This document shows, in pieces, positions 9,476-18,665 of a DNA stretch of 64,000 nucleotides (position 1 is the first letter of the stretch; every line of letters starts with the position of its first letter). The stretch comes from Candidatus Poribacteria bacterium. Lineage in GTDB: Bacteria; Poribacteria; WGA-4E; GCA-2687025. The DNA lies in assembly GCA_963665845.2 (NCBI GenBank), contig OY762492.1, positions 544,001-608,000 of the forward strand. The letters are read 5' to 3'. The notes under the pieces are model-generated. The model worked only from the letters and a program-made list of their open reading frames with translations, did no database searches and was not told the origin of the DNA. The translations under genes were made by a program, and so were the position numbers.

Positions 9476-10063
9476 ATGAAACGTCAATTCGGTCTAGCGG
9501 CGTTCGGATGTTTTACCGCGGCGGCGCTTCTAGTTTCACTTCACGGCTGCGGAGATGACACGCACGACCATGAACCGCACACCACCCCCTTCGAAGAGAT
9601 CGCAAACGCGATCGCCGTCATTCATCCGACTGAAGGCAATACGGCGTCAGGCGTTGTGAAATTCATGGCGATGGAAGGCGGCGTCCATGTTACCGCGCAG
9701 GTCACAGGTCTCACGCCGAACGCGTCGCACGGGTTCCATATTCACCAGTACGGCGACTGCTCCGCCGCGGACGGGACGAGCGCCGGCGGGCATTACGACC
9801 CTGAAATGACCGGCCGCCATGGCTTGCCGGACAGCGAGGAGCCGATACACGCCGGCGACCTCGGCAACCTGGACGCCGACGAAAACGGCGAAGCGACCTA
9901 CGACAAAATGATCATGGGCATCAGCATCGGCGGAACCGACAGCCCGATTTTGGGGCGGGGAGTCATTGTACATGCGCTGCCGGACGACGGCGGTCAGCCG
10001 ACAGGCAACGCCGGCGCGCGCATCGGGTGCGGCGTCATCGGGGTCGCCAACCCTGGCAACTGA
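9476..10063 (+). CDS. sodC: Cu/Zn superoxide dismutase lipoprotein
   Basis: HGFHIH, SAGGHYDP, HAGDLGNL and GNAGARIGCGVI. Lipobox LHGC followed by a His-rich stretch. Confidence 0.95.
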   Translation: MKRQFGLAAFGCFTAAALLVSLHGCGDDTHDHEPHTTPFEEIANAIAVIHPTEGNTASGVVKFMAMEGGVHVTAQVTGLTPNASHGFHIHQYGDCSAADGTSAGGHYDPEMTGRHGLPDSEEPIHAGDLGNLDADENGEATYDKMIMGISIGGTDSPILGRGVIVHALPDDGGQPTGNAGARIGCGVIGVANPGN

Positions 10064-10100
10064 GGCGGCGTCTCAACGAAACGCGAACGTCGGCGCCAAC

Positions 10101-10269
10101 CTGACCTCATGCAGAAAGTTGGGACATCATGACGAAAGAACCGCGATGATCTGCGGGAAAGCTGTCGCGCCAACTCGCCGTCATTCCCGCGTAAGCGGGA
10201 ATCTAGAGGCGCCGAAGAAGACATCCGCGTTCACTAGGCAGAATGTCCCAACTAAAGACTCAAGGTCAG
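10101..10269 (+). mobile_element. 169-bp MITE with IS-derived TIRs and 7-bp TSD
   Basis: CTGACC...GGTCAG 27-bp TIRs, cgccaac duplicated at 10094-10100 and 10270-10276, internal ATTCCC-N8-GGGAAT. Confidence 0.9.
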
Positions 10270-10279
10270 CGCCAACCGC

Positions 10280-10308
10280 TTGACATATGTTTCTTAAAAG
10301 CGTACAAT
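10280..10308 (+). promoter_or_regulatory. Near-consensus sigma70 promoter
   Basis: TTGACA-17 nt-TACAAT, with AGGAG RBS before ATG 10346. Confidence 0.75.
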
Positions 10309-10345
10309 GCCGCTCAACATCAACTCAATGTAACGAGGAGACACG

Positions 10346-11137
10346 ATGAAAGCGACAATGTCAACATGGACGGCGGCAGGCGCGTTCGCCCTCGCCGCGC
10401 TTTTCCTTTTCCAAACAACGCTCCACGCGGGGCGGGAAGACTGCGGCGAATTGCCGAAAAACTTCCCCGTGCCTGCCGTTGAAGCGGCGAATGAAGACCT
10501 GAACACGCCGAACGACTACTCCTCGGTGGTCGAAGAAGATGAACGCGCCGGCGTCGTCTATCTGGCGCTCTCCAACGGTTCCTCCCCGAACGCGAACGAC
10601 TGCGGCTTAAGCCCGTCCAACGACCAAGGCGCATGGACAGGCTGGGGCGGTCCCATCGACCTTGAGAACGTGACAATCGGCGAAGGCGGCGGAACGCGCA
10701 ACGAAATCGTCATCGGCGGCGTCTATTACAAACGCGGCCTCGGCGCGCATGCGGTCAGCACGCTCGAATACGACTTGTCCGGCGCCAACTATGTCCAGTT
10801 TGAAGCGTGGGTCGGAATGTCGGACGAAAAAGATCCCGGCGGCTGCGGACACGGAGGAACGAGCGACTTCACCTTCTCCATTGACGGAACCGAAATCGTC
10901 AAAACGCCGACGCTCCCCGGAGCGGACGGCGGAGAAAATGTCGCGCCCTTCGAGGTGAAATTCGACATACCGGCGAACGCAGAAAAGCTGACGATCGTCA
11001 TGGGCGACGGCGGAGACGGCATCGGCTGCGACCACTCCAGCATCGGAGACGCGAAGCTGCTGACTTCCGAGGCTCTCTCGGTCGACCCGAACGGCAAAGC
11101 CTCCGCGCTGTGGGGAACGCTCAAGTCAACCCGATAA
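10346..11137 (+). CDS. Secreted NPCBM/NEW2-domain protein with conserved C-terminal tail
   Basis: Signal peptide, IGGVYYKRGLGAHAVSTLEYDL...DGIGCDH NPCBM signature, tail LSVDPNGKASALWGTLKS. Confidence 0.82.
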   Translation: MKATMSTWTAAGAFALAALFLFQTTLHAGREDCGELPKNFPVPAVEAANEDLNTPNDYSSVVEEDERAGVVYLALSNGSSPNANDCGLSPSNDQGAWTGWGGPIDLENVTIGEGGGTRNEIVIGGVYYKRGLGAHAVSTLEYDLSGANYVQFEAWVGMSDEKDPGGCGHGGTSDFTFSIDGTEIVKTPTLPGADGGENVAPFEVKFDIPANAEKLTIVMGDGGDGIGCDHSSIGDAKLLTSEALSVDPNGKASALWGTLKSTR

Positions 11138-11148
11138 GACGCCTCCGA

Positions 11149-11516
11149 TTTAACTCCATGCGGCGGATCTGCTCAATCTGGGCGTCCGCCGCTTCTCTTT
11201 TCCGCCTTTCCGTCATGCGGGGATATTCGCGGCGCCGAGTCCGATTCCCCCCTTGAAAGGGGGCTAGGGGGGTTTAAAGGGCGGGCGCAGCGGCTGCGGC
11301 GCCTTAAGATTCCCGCTTACGCGGGAATGACAGCTTTAACTCCATGCGGCGGATCTGCTCAATCTGGGCGTCCGCCGCTTCTCCTTTCCGCCTTTCCGTC
11401 ATGCGGGCAATTCGAGGCGCTGAGTCCGATTCCCCCTTGAAAAGGGGCTAGGGGTTTAAAGCGCGGGCGCAGCGGCTGCGATGCCTTAAGATTCCCGCTT
11501 ACGCGGGAATGACAGC
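11149..11516. repeat. Tandem duplication of ~186/182-bp units
   Basis: Units start tttaactccatgcggcgg at 11149 and 11335 and both end gcgggaatgacagc. Confidence 0.9.
11160..11201 (+). terminator. Intrinsic terminator
   Basis: GCGGCGGA...TCCGCCGC stem followed by TTCTCTTTT. Confidence 0.7.
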
Positions 11517-11648
11517 ATAGATCAGCCGCCGCGCAAAACTGAATGTCATCGCCTATAGAGACTGCCGCTCAAGGCGAAGGCTTGACAACGCCTGCAGATT
11601 CGATGTAAAAAAGGATGTCTAAAGAAGCGAATGAAAGGCGGGCGTAGC

Positions 11649-11894
11649 ATGAAGATCGCCGTACGGTTCTTTGCCGGCTGCAGAGAAGCGGTTCAACAAA
11701 ACGAGACGGAGCTGGAGCTGCCGGAAGGCTCCCGCGTCGCCGACCTTCAACGCGAACTGGCGCGCCGTTTTCCGCCGCTTGCCGGGCGCGTGGAACGGGT
11801 CCGATACGCCGTCAACGGAACCTACGCGCAGCCCGGCGACCCGCTCAACGACGGGGACGAAGCGGCGGTGATACCTCCTGTGGCGGGCGGCTGA
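11649..11894 (+). CDS. moaD: Molybdopterin synthase sulfur carrier subunit
   Basis: Ubiquitin-like, ends in IPPVAGG, adjacent to moaE. Confidence 0.92.
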   Translation: MKIAVRFFAGCREAVQQNETELELPEGSRVADLQRELARRFPPLAGRVERVRYAVNGTYAQPGDPLNDGDEAAVIPPVAGG

Positions 11895-11897
11895 AAC

Positions 11898-12344
11898 ATG
11901 GCGGAATGCTGGATAACGGATCAGCCGCTGCGCGAATCGGAGATACTTGACCTTGTGAAAACGCCGAGGGCGGGCGCCGCCGTTCTCTTTATCGGAACGG
12001 CGCGCAACCATGCCGAAGGGCGCCCCGTCGCCGCGCTGGAGTATGAAGCGTACGCCGCCATGGCTGAAGCCGAAATGCGCGCCCTCGCCGAGGAGGCGCT
12101 GCGGCGGTGGCCGGCGGAGAAGATCGCCGTCGTTCACCGCACAGGGCGGCTCGACATCGGCGAAGCGGCGGTGATGGCGGCTGTCTCCTCCGCCCACCGA
12201 AAAGAGGCGTTTGAAGCCTGCGCCTTCCTGATGGACGCGCTCAAGGAACGAGTCCCGATCTGGAAAAAAGAACACTGGGCGGACGGCGGCGCCCGATGGG
12301 TCAACGACGATCAACAGGACGATCAACCGAACAAGGAGGCATGA
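11898..12344 (+). CDS. moaE: Molybdopterin synthase catalytic subunit
   Basis: LEYEAY, HRTG.L, SAHRKEAF and PIWKKE. Confidence 0.95.
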   Translation: MAECWITDQPLRESEILDLVKTPRAGAAVLFIGTARNHAEGRPVAALEYEAYAAMAEAEMRALAEEALRRWPAEKIAVVHRTGRLDIGEAAVMAAVSSAHRKEAFEACAFLMDALKERVPIWKKEHWADGGARWVNDDQQDDQPNKEA

Positions 12345-12345
12345 G

Positions 12346-12696
12346 ATGCCGATCATCGCCTGGGAGGACGCGCCGTCTCGTCCGCGCGCGAACGACCCCG
12401 ACGGATTTTTCAAGCCGTTTGTGAACAAGGAAACGGGAGCCGCGCGCCTACAGATGCATGTCTCATGCGTCGGCGCCGGCAAGCGGGCGCATCCGCCCCA
12501 TCAGCATGCCGAGGAGGAGATCATCTATGTCCTGGACGGGCGCGGAATCGTCCAGCTGGACGATGAGCGGACGGAGGTGGAGCCGAACGCCGCCGTTTTC
12601 ATACCGTCCTGGGTCTTTCACGGCATTGAAAGCGCGGGGGACGGACCGCTGCGGTATATGGTGATCTTGGAGCCGAACCGGGAGGAGAGCGGCTAA
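12346..12696 (+). CDS. Cupin-domain protein
   Basis: HPPHQHAEEEIIYVLDG...FHG. Confidence 0.85.
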   Translation: MPIIAWEDAPSRPRANDPDGFFKPFVNKETGAARLQMHVSCVGAGKRAHPPHQHAEEEIIYVLDGRGIVQLDDERTEVEPNAAVFIPSWVFHGIESAGDGPLRYMVILEPNREESG

Positions 12697-13292
12697 AACT
12701 CCGGCATGACGCCTGTCCGTTCGCCGTCCGCGCCGTAGACGCGCACGGAGCCTGCTTCGTCGGGCGAGACGCTGACGGAGGCTCTGCGTTCGCCGTCGGA
12801 TCCGAGCAGCGACAATTCCGCCCCGACCGGCAGCGCGAGCCATGCGCCCCGAAGCGTTTCGTCCGCGGAGTAGAGCGAGACGCCGCCGCCGTCCGCGGTC
12901 GCTTCCACTGCCGCCTGCTTGGAGCCGTCCGCGCCGAGGAGCCAGAGAGCGCCGCCGTCTTCAATGCGGAGCGCGCCTCGGCTGCCGTCTTTCGGCGAGC
13001 GCACGATGACGGTTCCGCCCCGTTCGTCCGCCCCGACGACCGCGGCCAGCGCGCCGCTTTTGTCCCAAATCGCCGCGAACCCGCCATGGTCGGTCGAGAA
13101 GAGGCTCAACTGGCGCCGCCCTTCAGCGTCCAGAACCTCCAGAGAGTTGCATGTGAGTTGGTTAAAATGGGTCGCTTTCTCCTCCGCCGCCTCCTCTTGC
13201 CCGACAGCGTTTGTCCAAAGCAGCGGAGCCAGCAGCTGTCCTAAAAGTATCAGCCCAGCGCCGACGATCATATACAGAACGCGCGTTTTCAT
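12693..13292 (-). CDS. Hypothetical membrane-anchored beta-repeat protein
   Basis: N-terminal TM segment, then repeated GG.L.L...DG..R units. ATG 13292 has GGAGG upstream. Confidence 0.7.
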   Translation of the reverse strand: MKTRVLYMIVGAGLILLGQLLAPLLWTNAVGQEEAAEEKATHFNQLTCNSLEVLDAEGRRQLSLFSTDHGGFAAIWDKSGALAAVVGADERGGTVIVRSPKDGSRGALRIEDGGALWLLGADGSKQAAVEATADGGGVSLYSADETLRGAWLALPVGAELSLLGSDGERRASVSVSPDEAGSVRVYGADGERTGVMPEF

Positions 13293-13405
13293 CCCGATCC
13301 CTCCAGCAGTCAAGTTTCATCTTCTTGCCATGATCGTTTAAAAGGCGCATTTTCGCATGTCGAAGCGTTTCAAGCGGATATGTCCGATATGAACAGGTTT
13401 TTCTA

Positions 13406-13580
13406 TGACCTTACGTCTTTAGTTGGGACATGCCGGCGGGCGAACGTGGACGGTTTCTGTGGCGCCTCTGGATTCCCGCACGTTTTACCGCAAGGGCAGG
13501 AATGACGAGTAGCCCAATGAAGCCGGGTAGGGCGGGAGGTTTCTAGACTCCCCCTTGAAAAGGGCCTGGGGGTTTGAGCG
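13406..13580. repeat. Half-MITE (reverse) plus CCCCTTGAAAAGGG repeat
   Basis: tgaccttacgtctttagttgggacat TIR at 13406. The element breaks in the GATTCCCGC palindrome near 13480. Confidence 0.8.
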
Positions 13581-13581
13581 C

Positions 13582-14260
13582 GCGGGCTGCGCTTGGTTTT
13601 GAACTAGGATTGAAGGATTAGTAAGATTTTCAGGACAGCGTTTTCGGGAATTCTCTTGGCAATCTTTTCAATCCTGGAAATCCTAGTTCAGACAGCATCT
13701 AAGATTCCTGATTGCGCGGGGAATAACTGGGAGGCGGACGCGGGCGGTTTCGGGTCTGCCTCTGGATTCCCGCTTGCGCGGGAATGACGATCTGGTTGGC
13801 GGGGCTTTTTCCATAAATAGAGCGATCGTCGGTTCATGTTCTGACATTGTGTCTTTAGTAGGGATATGTCGGCATGACGTCTTACCGCAAGGCGGACGTC
13901 GTTTGCGGCGCCCTTAGGTCTGCGGGCTGCGCTTGGTTTTGAACTAGGATTGAAGGATTAGTAAGATTTTCAGGACAGCGTTTTCGGGAATTCTCTTGGC
14001 AATCTTTTCAATCCTGGAAATCCTAGTTCAGACAGCATCTAAGATTCCTGATTGCGCGGGAATGACTGGGAGGCGGACGCGGGCGGTTTCGGGTCTGCCT
14101 CTGGATTCCCGCTTGCGCGGGAATGGCGACCTGGTTGGCGGGGCTTTTTCCATAAATAGAGCGATCGTCGGTTCATGTTCTGACATTGTGTCTTTAGTAG
14201 GGACATGTCAGCATGACGTCTTACCGCAAGGCGGACGTCGTCTGCGGCGCCTTTAGATCT
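13582..14260. repeat. Tandem duplication of a ~340-bp composite repeat
   Basis: Near-identical units at 13582-13921 and 13922-14260. Each has the GAACTAGGATT/AATCCTAGTTC inverted repeat and ATTCCC palindromes. Confidence 0.92.
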
Positions 14261-14294
14261 GTTGAAATGGCGCGGAAGCGTCTAGCCGACCGCC

Positions 14295-15320
14295 CTAAAC
14301 GCTAAACCGAAACAGCATCGCGTCCCCGTCCTGAACGACGTACTCTTTCCCTTCCAGCCGAAGCTTCCCGCTGGAGCGCAGTTTGGAGAAGGACCCCGTC
14401 TCGGCGAGTTCGTCCCAGCGGCATGTCTCCGCGCGGATGAACCCTTTCGCCATGTCCGTATGCACCGACTCCGCCGCCTCTAGCGCCGTCGCGCCGCGCG
14501 GCAGGAGGCGCATGCGCGTCTCGTCTTCATTCGCCGTGAAAAAGGCGCACACCCCCAGCGCTTCATACGCCGCTGCCGTCAACCGCTTCATCGCCGACTC
14601 TTCAGGCAGACCCAGATCGGCTCGAAATGCAAGCGCCTCCTCCTCTGGCAGCTGCGCCAGCTCCGCCTCCAGCTCCGCGCACACCTCAACGCAAACCCCC
14701 TCAACCGCCGCGTCCGATTGGGGTTCCGCCTCCTCCGCCGTATTTAAAACGGCGATGAGCGGCTTCATCGACAAAAACTGAAACCCGCGCGTGAGCCGCT
14801 CCTCCTCGGCAGACGCCTTGATGTCTCGCAGCGGACGCCCCGCCTCCAGCGCCTCCTGAAAACGCAGCAGAACATCCCGCTCTTTCAAATGCTCAGGGTC
14901 TTTCTTGACCTGTATCTCCCGTTTCAGGCTCGTCAAGCGGTTCTCGATGATCTGCAGATCCGCCAGCGCAAACTCATCCTCCAACGTCTGCGCGTCACGC
15001 TTCGGATCGACCGACCCGGCGATATGCGGCGCGGCGTCGTTTTCAAACGCGCGCAGCGTATGCGCGAGCGCGTCCGCCGTCCGCGCGTCTGGATTCACAT
15101 ACCCCTTCGCCGCCGGCGCCAGATCGACAAACGTGAACGCGGCGCGGCGAACCTTCGATACGCCGACCCCCTCCGCAATCGCCGACAGCCGCGGATCATC
15201 GATGGGAACGGTCGCGGCGCGGTTTTGACGCTGCCCGTCCGGCGGTACAGACGTTCCGGTGAGCGCATGAAAGAGCGTCGTTTTGCCTGAAAACGGCAGT
15301 CCAACCAGAGCGATTTCCAT
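14295..15320 (-). CDS. Divergent YchF-like P-loop NTPase with C-terminal TGS/DUF933 domain
   Basis: GLPFSGKTT, HTDMAKGFIRAE and LRLEGKEYVVQDGD. G2 and G3 motifs are atypical. Confidence 0.85.
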   Translation of the reverse strand: MEIALVGLPFSGKTTLFHALTGTSVPPDGQRQNRAATVPIDDPRLSAIAEGVGVSKVRRAAFTFVDLAPAAKGYVNPDARTADALAHTLRAFENDAAPHIAGSVDPKRDAQTLEDEFALADLQIIENRLTSLKREIQVKKDPEHLKERDVLLRFQEALEAGRPLRDIKASAEEERLTRGFQFLSMKPLIAVLNTAEEAEPQSDAAVEGVCVEVCAELEAELAQLPEEEALAFRADLGLPEESAMKRLTAAAYEALGVCAFFTANEDETRMRLLPRGATALEAAESVHTDMAKGFIRAETCRWDELAETGSFSKLRSSGKLRLEGKEYVVQDGDAMLFRFSV

Positions 15321-15332
15321 CAGCGGCTCAAC

Positions 15333-16436
15333 TCATTCATGCCATTCCGCCTTGGGCGGATGGACGAAATTATGAAACGCGCCCTCAATGTCCGCTTCCA
15401 GATGTCCGCCCGCATGCGCCGCCGCCTGATACCGAAACGTCATTGTCTCTCCCGCTTTGAGCGTGAAGCTCCCGTCCCCGTCGATCAGCTGCCCGCCGCG
15501 CTGGAAGCTTCCGCGCCCAAAGATGTTCGTCCCCATCAAGCCGTAATTTCGCACATGCCAGTGGCACGGGTAGCGCGGGTTGGAGATATGGTCAAGCGTT
15601 GCAATGCCGATGCGGACGCCGTCGGCGAGTCCGGAATAGTCGCACCAGTTGGCGCGTTTGCCCCAGGTTTCCGCCTCGTTGACGCCGCCGAACGAATTCA
15701 CGATCCGCCCCGTGTTCGACACCTTCAAGTTCGGCGCGACGCGGACGCACAGGATGCCCGCTTCTTTCGTGTCGCCGAAGACGACGTCCCCCTCGCTCGC
15801 CTTGAAGATGATCTTCGCCTCAATGATGCGGCGCGTGGAGGGCAGGTTGTAGATGCGCCAGACGATCTCGTCGGTCATGAGCGCCTTGCCATCCTTGTCC
15901 TGCCAGACGCTTTCGGCGTGGATCTGGGCGAAGACGGCGCCGCCCGTTCCGCTTGCCGATGCAACCTTTACGCTGCCGGAATGTTTGCCTTCGCCCCAGC
16001 AGTCGGCGCCGTTCACTTCGCCGTAGGCGACATAGAACGAGCGGTGATGGATATGATCGGACGGGTCCTCTTCGGTCAGCTCTTTTCCGCCCGGTCCGAG
16101 GACGGGGTAGAAGTACGGCCGCTTCTGTTCGGCGGAGTACTTGTAGGTTGTGAACGGCTCCCCGCCGACGCTGACGCGCATGCTCTCGCCGTCCTCCTCC
16201 AGTTGTACGAGTTCAGGCGAGGGGTACGGCTGCGTTTCATAGGTACGAGTTTCCCCCGCCGAGAGACTGTCCGCGATGAAGGCGAGATGCCCGTCCGAGG
16301 TGGTCTGCGCAGGCAGTGACGCGCCTGTAGATTTGTCCAAGACGCGGACGGGTCCTTCAACAGGACGGGGCGTTTTCACAAAAACGGGGCATTGGCGGCG
16401 GTCATGCTCCCCAGCGTTCACAGTGATATGCGGCAT
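15333..16436 (-). CDS. PmoA-like (DUF6807) beta-sandwich protein
   Basis: RPYFYPV, DHIHHRS, FGDTKE, WCDYSG and WHVRNYG. Confidence 0.82.
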   Translation of the reverse strand: MPHITVNAGEHDRRQCPVFVKTPRPVEGPVRVLDKSTGASLPAQTTSDGHLAFIADSLSAGETRTYETQPYPSPELVQLEEDGESMRVSVGGEPFTTYKYSAEQKRPYFYPVLGPGGKELTEEDPSDHIHHRSFYVAYGEVNGADCWGEGKHSGSVKVASASGTGGAVFAQIHAESVWQDKDGKALMTDEIVWRIYNLPSTRRIIEAKIIFKASEGDVVFGDTKEAGILCVRVAPNLKVSNTGRIVNSFGGVNEAETWGKRANWCDYSGLADGVRIGIATLDHISNPRYPCHWHVRNYGLMGTNIFGRGSFQRGGQLIDGDGSFTLKAGETMTFRYQAAAHAGGHLEADIEGAFHNFVHPPKAEWHE

Positions 16437-16525
16437 CAAAAGCTCCATCTCATAAGCGGCGCGGTTATGTCGTCACGCGCTTATCATAAACCGACGCCGC
16501 CTCTAACGCAAGGGGCGGCGATGCC

Positions 16526-16647
16526 GGGCAGTCTTTATCCGGCGGATCGTCATTCCCGCGCAAGCGGGAATCCAGAGTTTTCCCAGCCGCCTCCGCATTC
16601 CAAACCGGAACCTTCAAAATCAAAGCTTCGCCTATAGAGACTACCCA
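16526..16647. mobile_element. Second-family MITE-like element
   Basis: Imperfect TIRs gggcagtcttta / tagagactaccc enclosing the ATTCCC-N8-GGGAAT palindrome. Confidence 0.55.
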
Positions 16648-16667
16648 AGCGATCAGCTTTGTGGAAT

Positions 16668-17216
16668 TTATTCCTCATCAGCCGCGCCGCCGAGCGTCGC
16701 AGCGGCAGAAAGGTCTGGGGGCATCTTGATAGTCGGAGCGGCGATCAGGGGCGGTTCCCATGACAGCAGCCCCGCTAAATCGGGCGATTCTATTCTCCCT
16801 GCCCAGTACGCTCTCGAAGGCGTATAGGACACGAGTTGCCATTTTCCGCCGCGCCAACGTCGATTCGATGCGGAAACCGCCTGCACATAGATGTCCTGTC
16901 CGATCGGAACATTCTTGAAGCGGTAAAATCCGTTTTGATCGGTGTTTGCTGTCCTTGTTTTACCGCCGGCGGAGTATTGCACAATGCATGCGTTATTCCA
17001 ACGCCCCCGCAATGACCGGCGCTCTCCTGTGTCTAGCGGAGTCTCGTCGGATGCGCATATCACCGACCCGACCAGCTCGCCGGTGAGAACGACATCGCGC
17101 AAACCTGCAGCCGCAGCCGCCAAAGCCAGAACCGCCAAACCGGCAGCAACCGCCGCTAAAAACCATTTTTCAGCGGAAGACAGCTTTTGAAACCAAACGC
17201 GAATTTCAATGCGCAT
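16668..17216 (-). CDS. Hypothetical membrane-anchored protein with carboxypeptidase-regulatory-like domain
   Basis: TM segment and TDQNGFYRFKNVP motif. Confidence 0.6.
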   Translation of the reverse strand: MRIEIRVWFQKLSSAEKWFLAAVAAGLAVLALAAAAAGLRDVVLTGELVGSVICASDETPLDTGERRSLRGRWNNACIVQYSAGGKTRTANTDQNGFYRFKNVPIGQDIYVQAVSASNRRWRGGKWQLVSYTPSRAYWAGRIESPDLAGLLSWEPPLIAAPTIKMPPDLSAAATLGGAADEE

Positions 17217-17308
17217 CGGCTAAATCCCTTCGCAGCGCTATGGCGATGGAAGCGTCATGACGTCTAGAGCCGCGGCTTTAGCAATTTTAACGAAGACATA
17301 TCTCTGTG

Positions 17309-18424
17309 TCAAGCGCGTGTACTGACCTCACGTCTTAAGTTGGGACATCCCGGCATATGAGAAATTTCCACCTGATGAAAGCCCTCCTCTTTATTCAGCG
17401 CCACAGCGTTCGTCCCAATCGCAAGTTGTGTTTGAGCAGCACAAAAAGCGGAGAATAGCTCAACCGTTTTTTTACTGCAGACCTCCTCCCGCGCCGCCTC
17501 GCCAATGATATACGCCAGCGAATACGCAATCAGCGTCAGCGCGATCATCGTTTCCGCCCGATCCCGGCGCCTGTTCATCAGTTTGGAAAGGCGAAGAAGC
17601 GATTTCAGATCCTTGAAACTCTCCTCAATCGTCATCCGGCCCCTGTAAATCTCCAGCCCCTTCTGCGGATCCTCCAAAGAGGTCATCACCCAGAGCGGCT
17701 GCGAGCAACCCGCCTCCCAAACACCAGCCAAATGAACCGGTATCCGCCCCTTGTAATACACATTCTTCAAGACGCACACTTTCCCCCTCGAAATGTTCAA
17801 CTGCGCGGGATTGCCGGACTTGTCCGTGAACTTCACGCCGCTGCCCGTATTGAGACGAATCACAAATGGCTGCTTCTTCGCGCGCAACTGCTCGAGAAAC
17901 CCTTCGTAACTGAACTCGCGGTCGAAGACAAGAGGGACATCCTCAATCAGTTTCCAGACCTTCTCCAGCGCCCGGATATGCTCAGTATTCCGAGACACGC
18001 ATTCAGAATGGATCGTTTTCGAGGAATAAACAGTGGCGTAGAACGGGATCACGCGCCCGCCGCGCGGTGTCCCTAGCATCAGCATCCAATAGCCGCGCCG
18101 GTTGTCTTTCAATCTGCCGACATATTCTGTCCGCTTCGCATGCGGGCGTTCGATTTCGGTCACATCGCCCACAACAAAGGGCGCGTCTTCATCGAATAAT
18201 CGCATCAGCGGCATGCAGGGATCCACGGTATTCAAGAAGCGGTTGAGAGCTTTGTTGTTTGCATTGGGGCTGGTTCCTTCCATCGCATGGCTGATGTCGG
18301 ACAGCCGGGGCGAGCCTGCTTTGAGGATCCCATGGAGAACGCGCGAGACGAGATTCGCGCCTTCGGCGAATATCTGTTGAACGAACGGAACGAGATCGGC
18401 GGGTCGTACCCTATTTTTCAGCAT
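17309..18424 (-). CDS. DDE transposase (YREK motif); C-terminus possibly frameshifted
   Basis: D (VGDVT), D (VFDREF) and YRGRMTIEESFKDLK. Confidence 0.88.
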   Translation of the reverse strand: MLKNRVRPADLVPFVQQIFAEGANLVSRVLHGILKAGSPRLSDISHAMEGTSPNANNKALNRFLNTVDPCMPLMRLFDEDAPFVVGDVTEIERPHAKRTEYVGRLKDNRRGYWMLMLGTPRGGRVIPFYATVYSSKTIHSECVSRNTEHIRALEKVWKLIEDVPLVFDREFSYEGFLEQLRAKKQPFVIRLNTGSGVKFTDKSGNPAQLNISRGKVCVLKNVYYKGRIPVHLAGVWEAGCSQPLWVMTSLEDPQKGLEIYRGRMTIEESFKDLKSLLRLSKLMNRRRDRAETMIALTLIAYSLAYIIGEAAREEVCSKKTVELFSAFCAAQTQLAIGTNAVALNKEEGFHQVEISHMPGCPNLRREVSTRA

Positions 18425-18588
18425 CTGGATGATTCCTGTTGGAGAGCCTGTAAAGTAGAGTTCCGAAGCAGACGGTTGATCTGCCTCTCCATATCGTAAT
18501 TGTCCACAGCCGGGACTTCAAGATGCGCGAAGCGCGGTCGTTAGCCGAATCCTAAAGCGGAATGTCCCAACTTTAGGCATGAGGTCAG
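17322..18588 (-). mobile_element. IS4-superfamily insertion sequence (1267 bp)
   Basis: 27-bp TIRs, 24/27 matching, at 17322-17348 and 18562-18588, flanking the transposase. No TSD visible. Confidence 0.9.
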
Positions 18589-18665
18589 AGACAAACCGCT
18601 TGAACGGCGCGGCGGTTTGCCGTATCATGCTCCGAACATCAACATAAACGAAGGAGCGCAACCCT

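Noticed and set aside
11520-11648. Moco riboswitch upstream of moaD
   Set aside because: The region is taken up by a repeat end and a promoter-like TTGACA, and I could not recognise the riboswitch fold.
13996-14256. Small ORFs containing LDSRLRGND-like peptides (also near 9994, 24346, 53904, 54130)
   Set aside because: They are translations of the palindromic repeat, not genes.
11149-14260. CRISPR array in the repeat-rich intergenic regions
   Set aside because: Units are 180-340-bp whole duplications without unique spacers, and no cas genes are present.
15339-16319. Long antisense ORFs (also 29233-30021, 38888-39709, 56910-58526 and others)
   Set aside because: Shadow frames of high-GC genes with no recognisable motifs.
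15333-16436. Particulate methane monooxygenase subunit
   Set aside because: Soluble beta-rich protein of the misleadingly named PmoA-like family, with no pmoB or pmoC.
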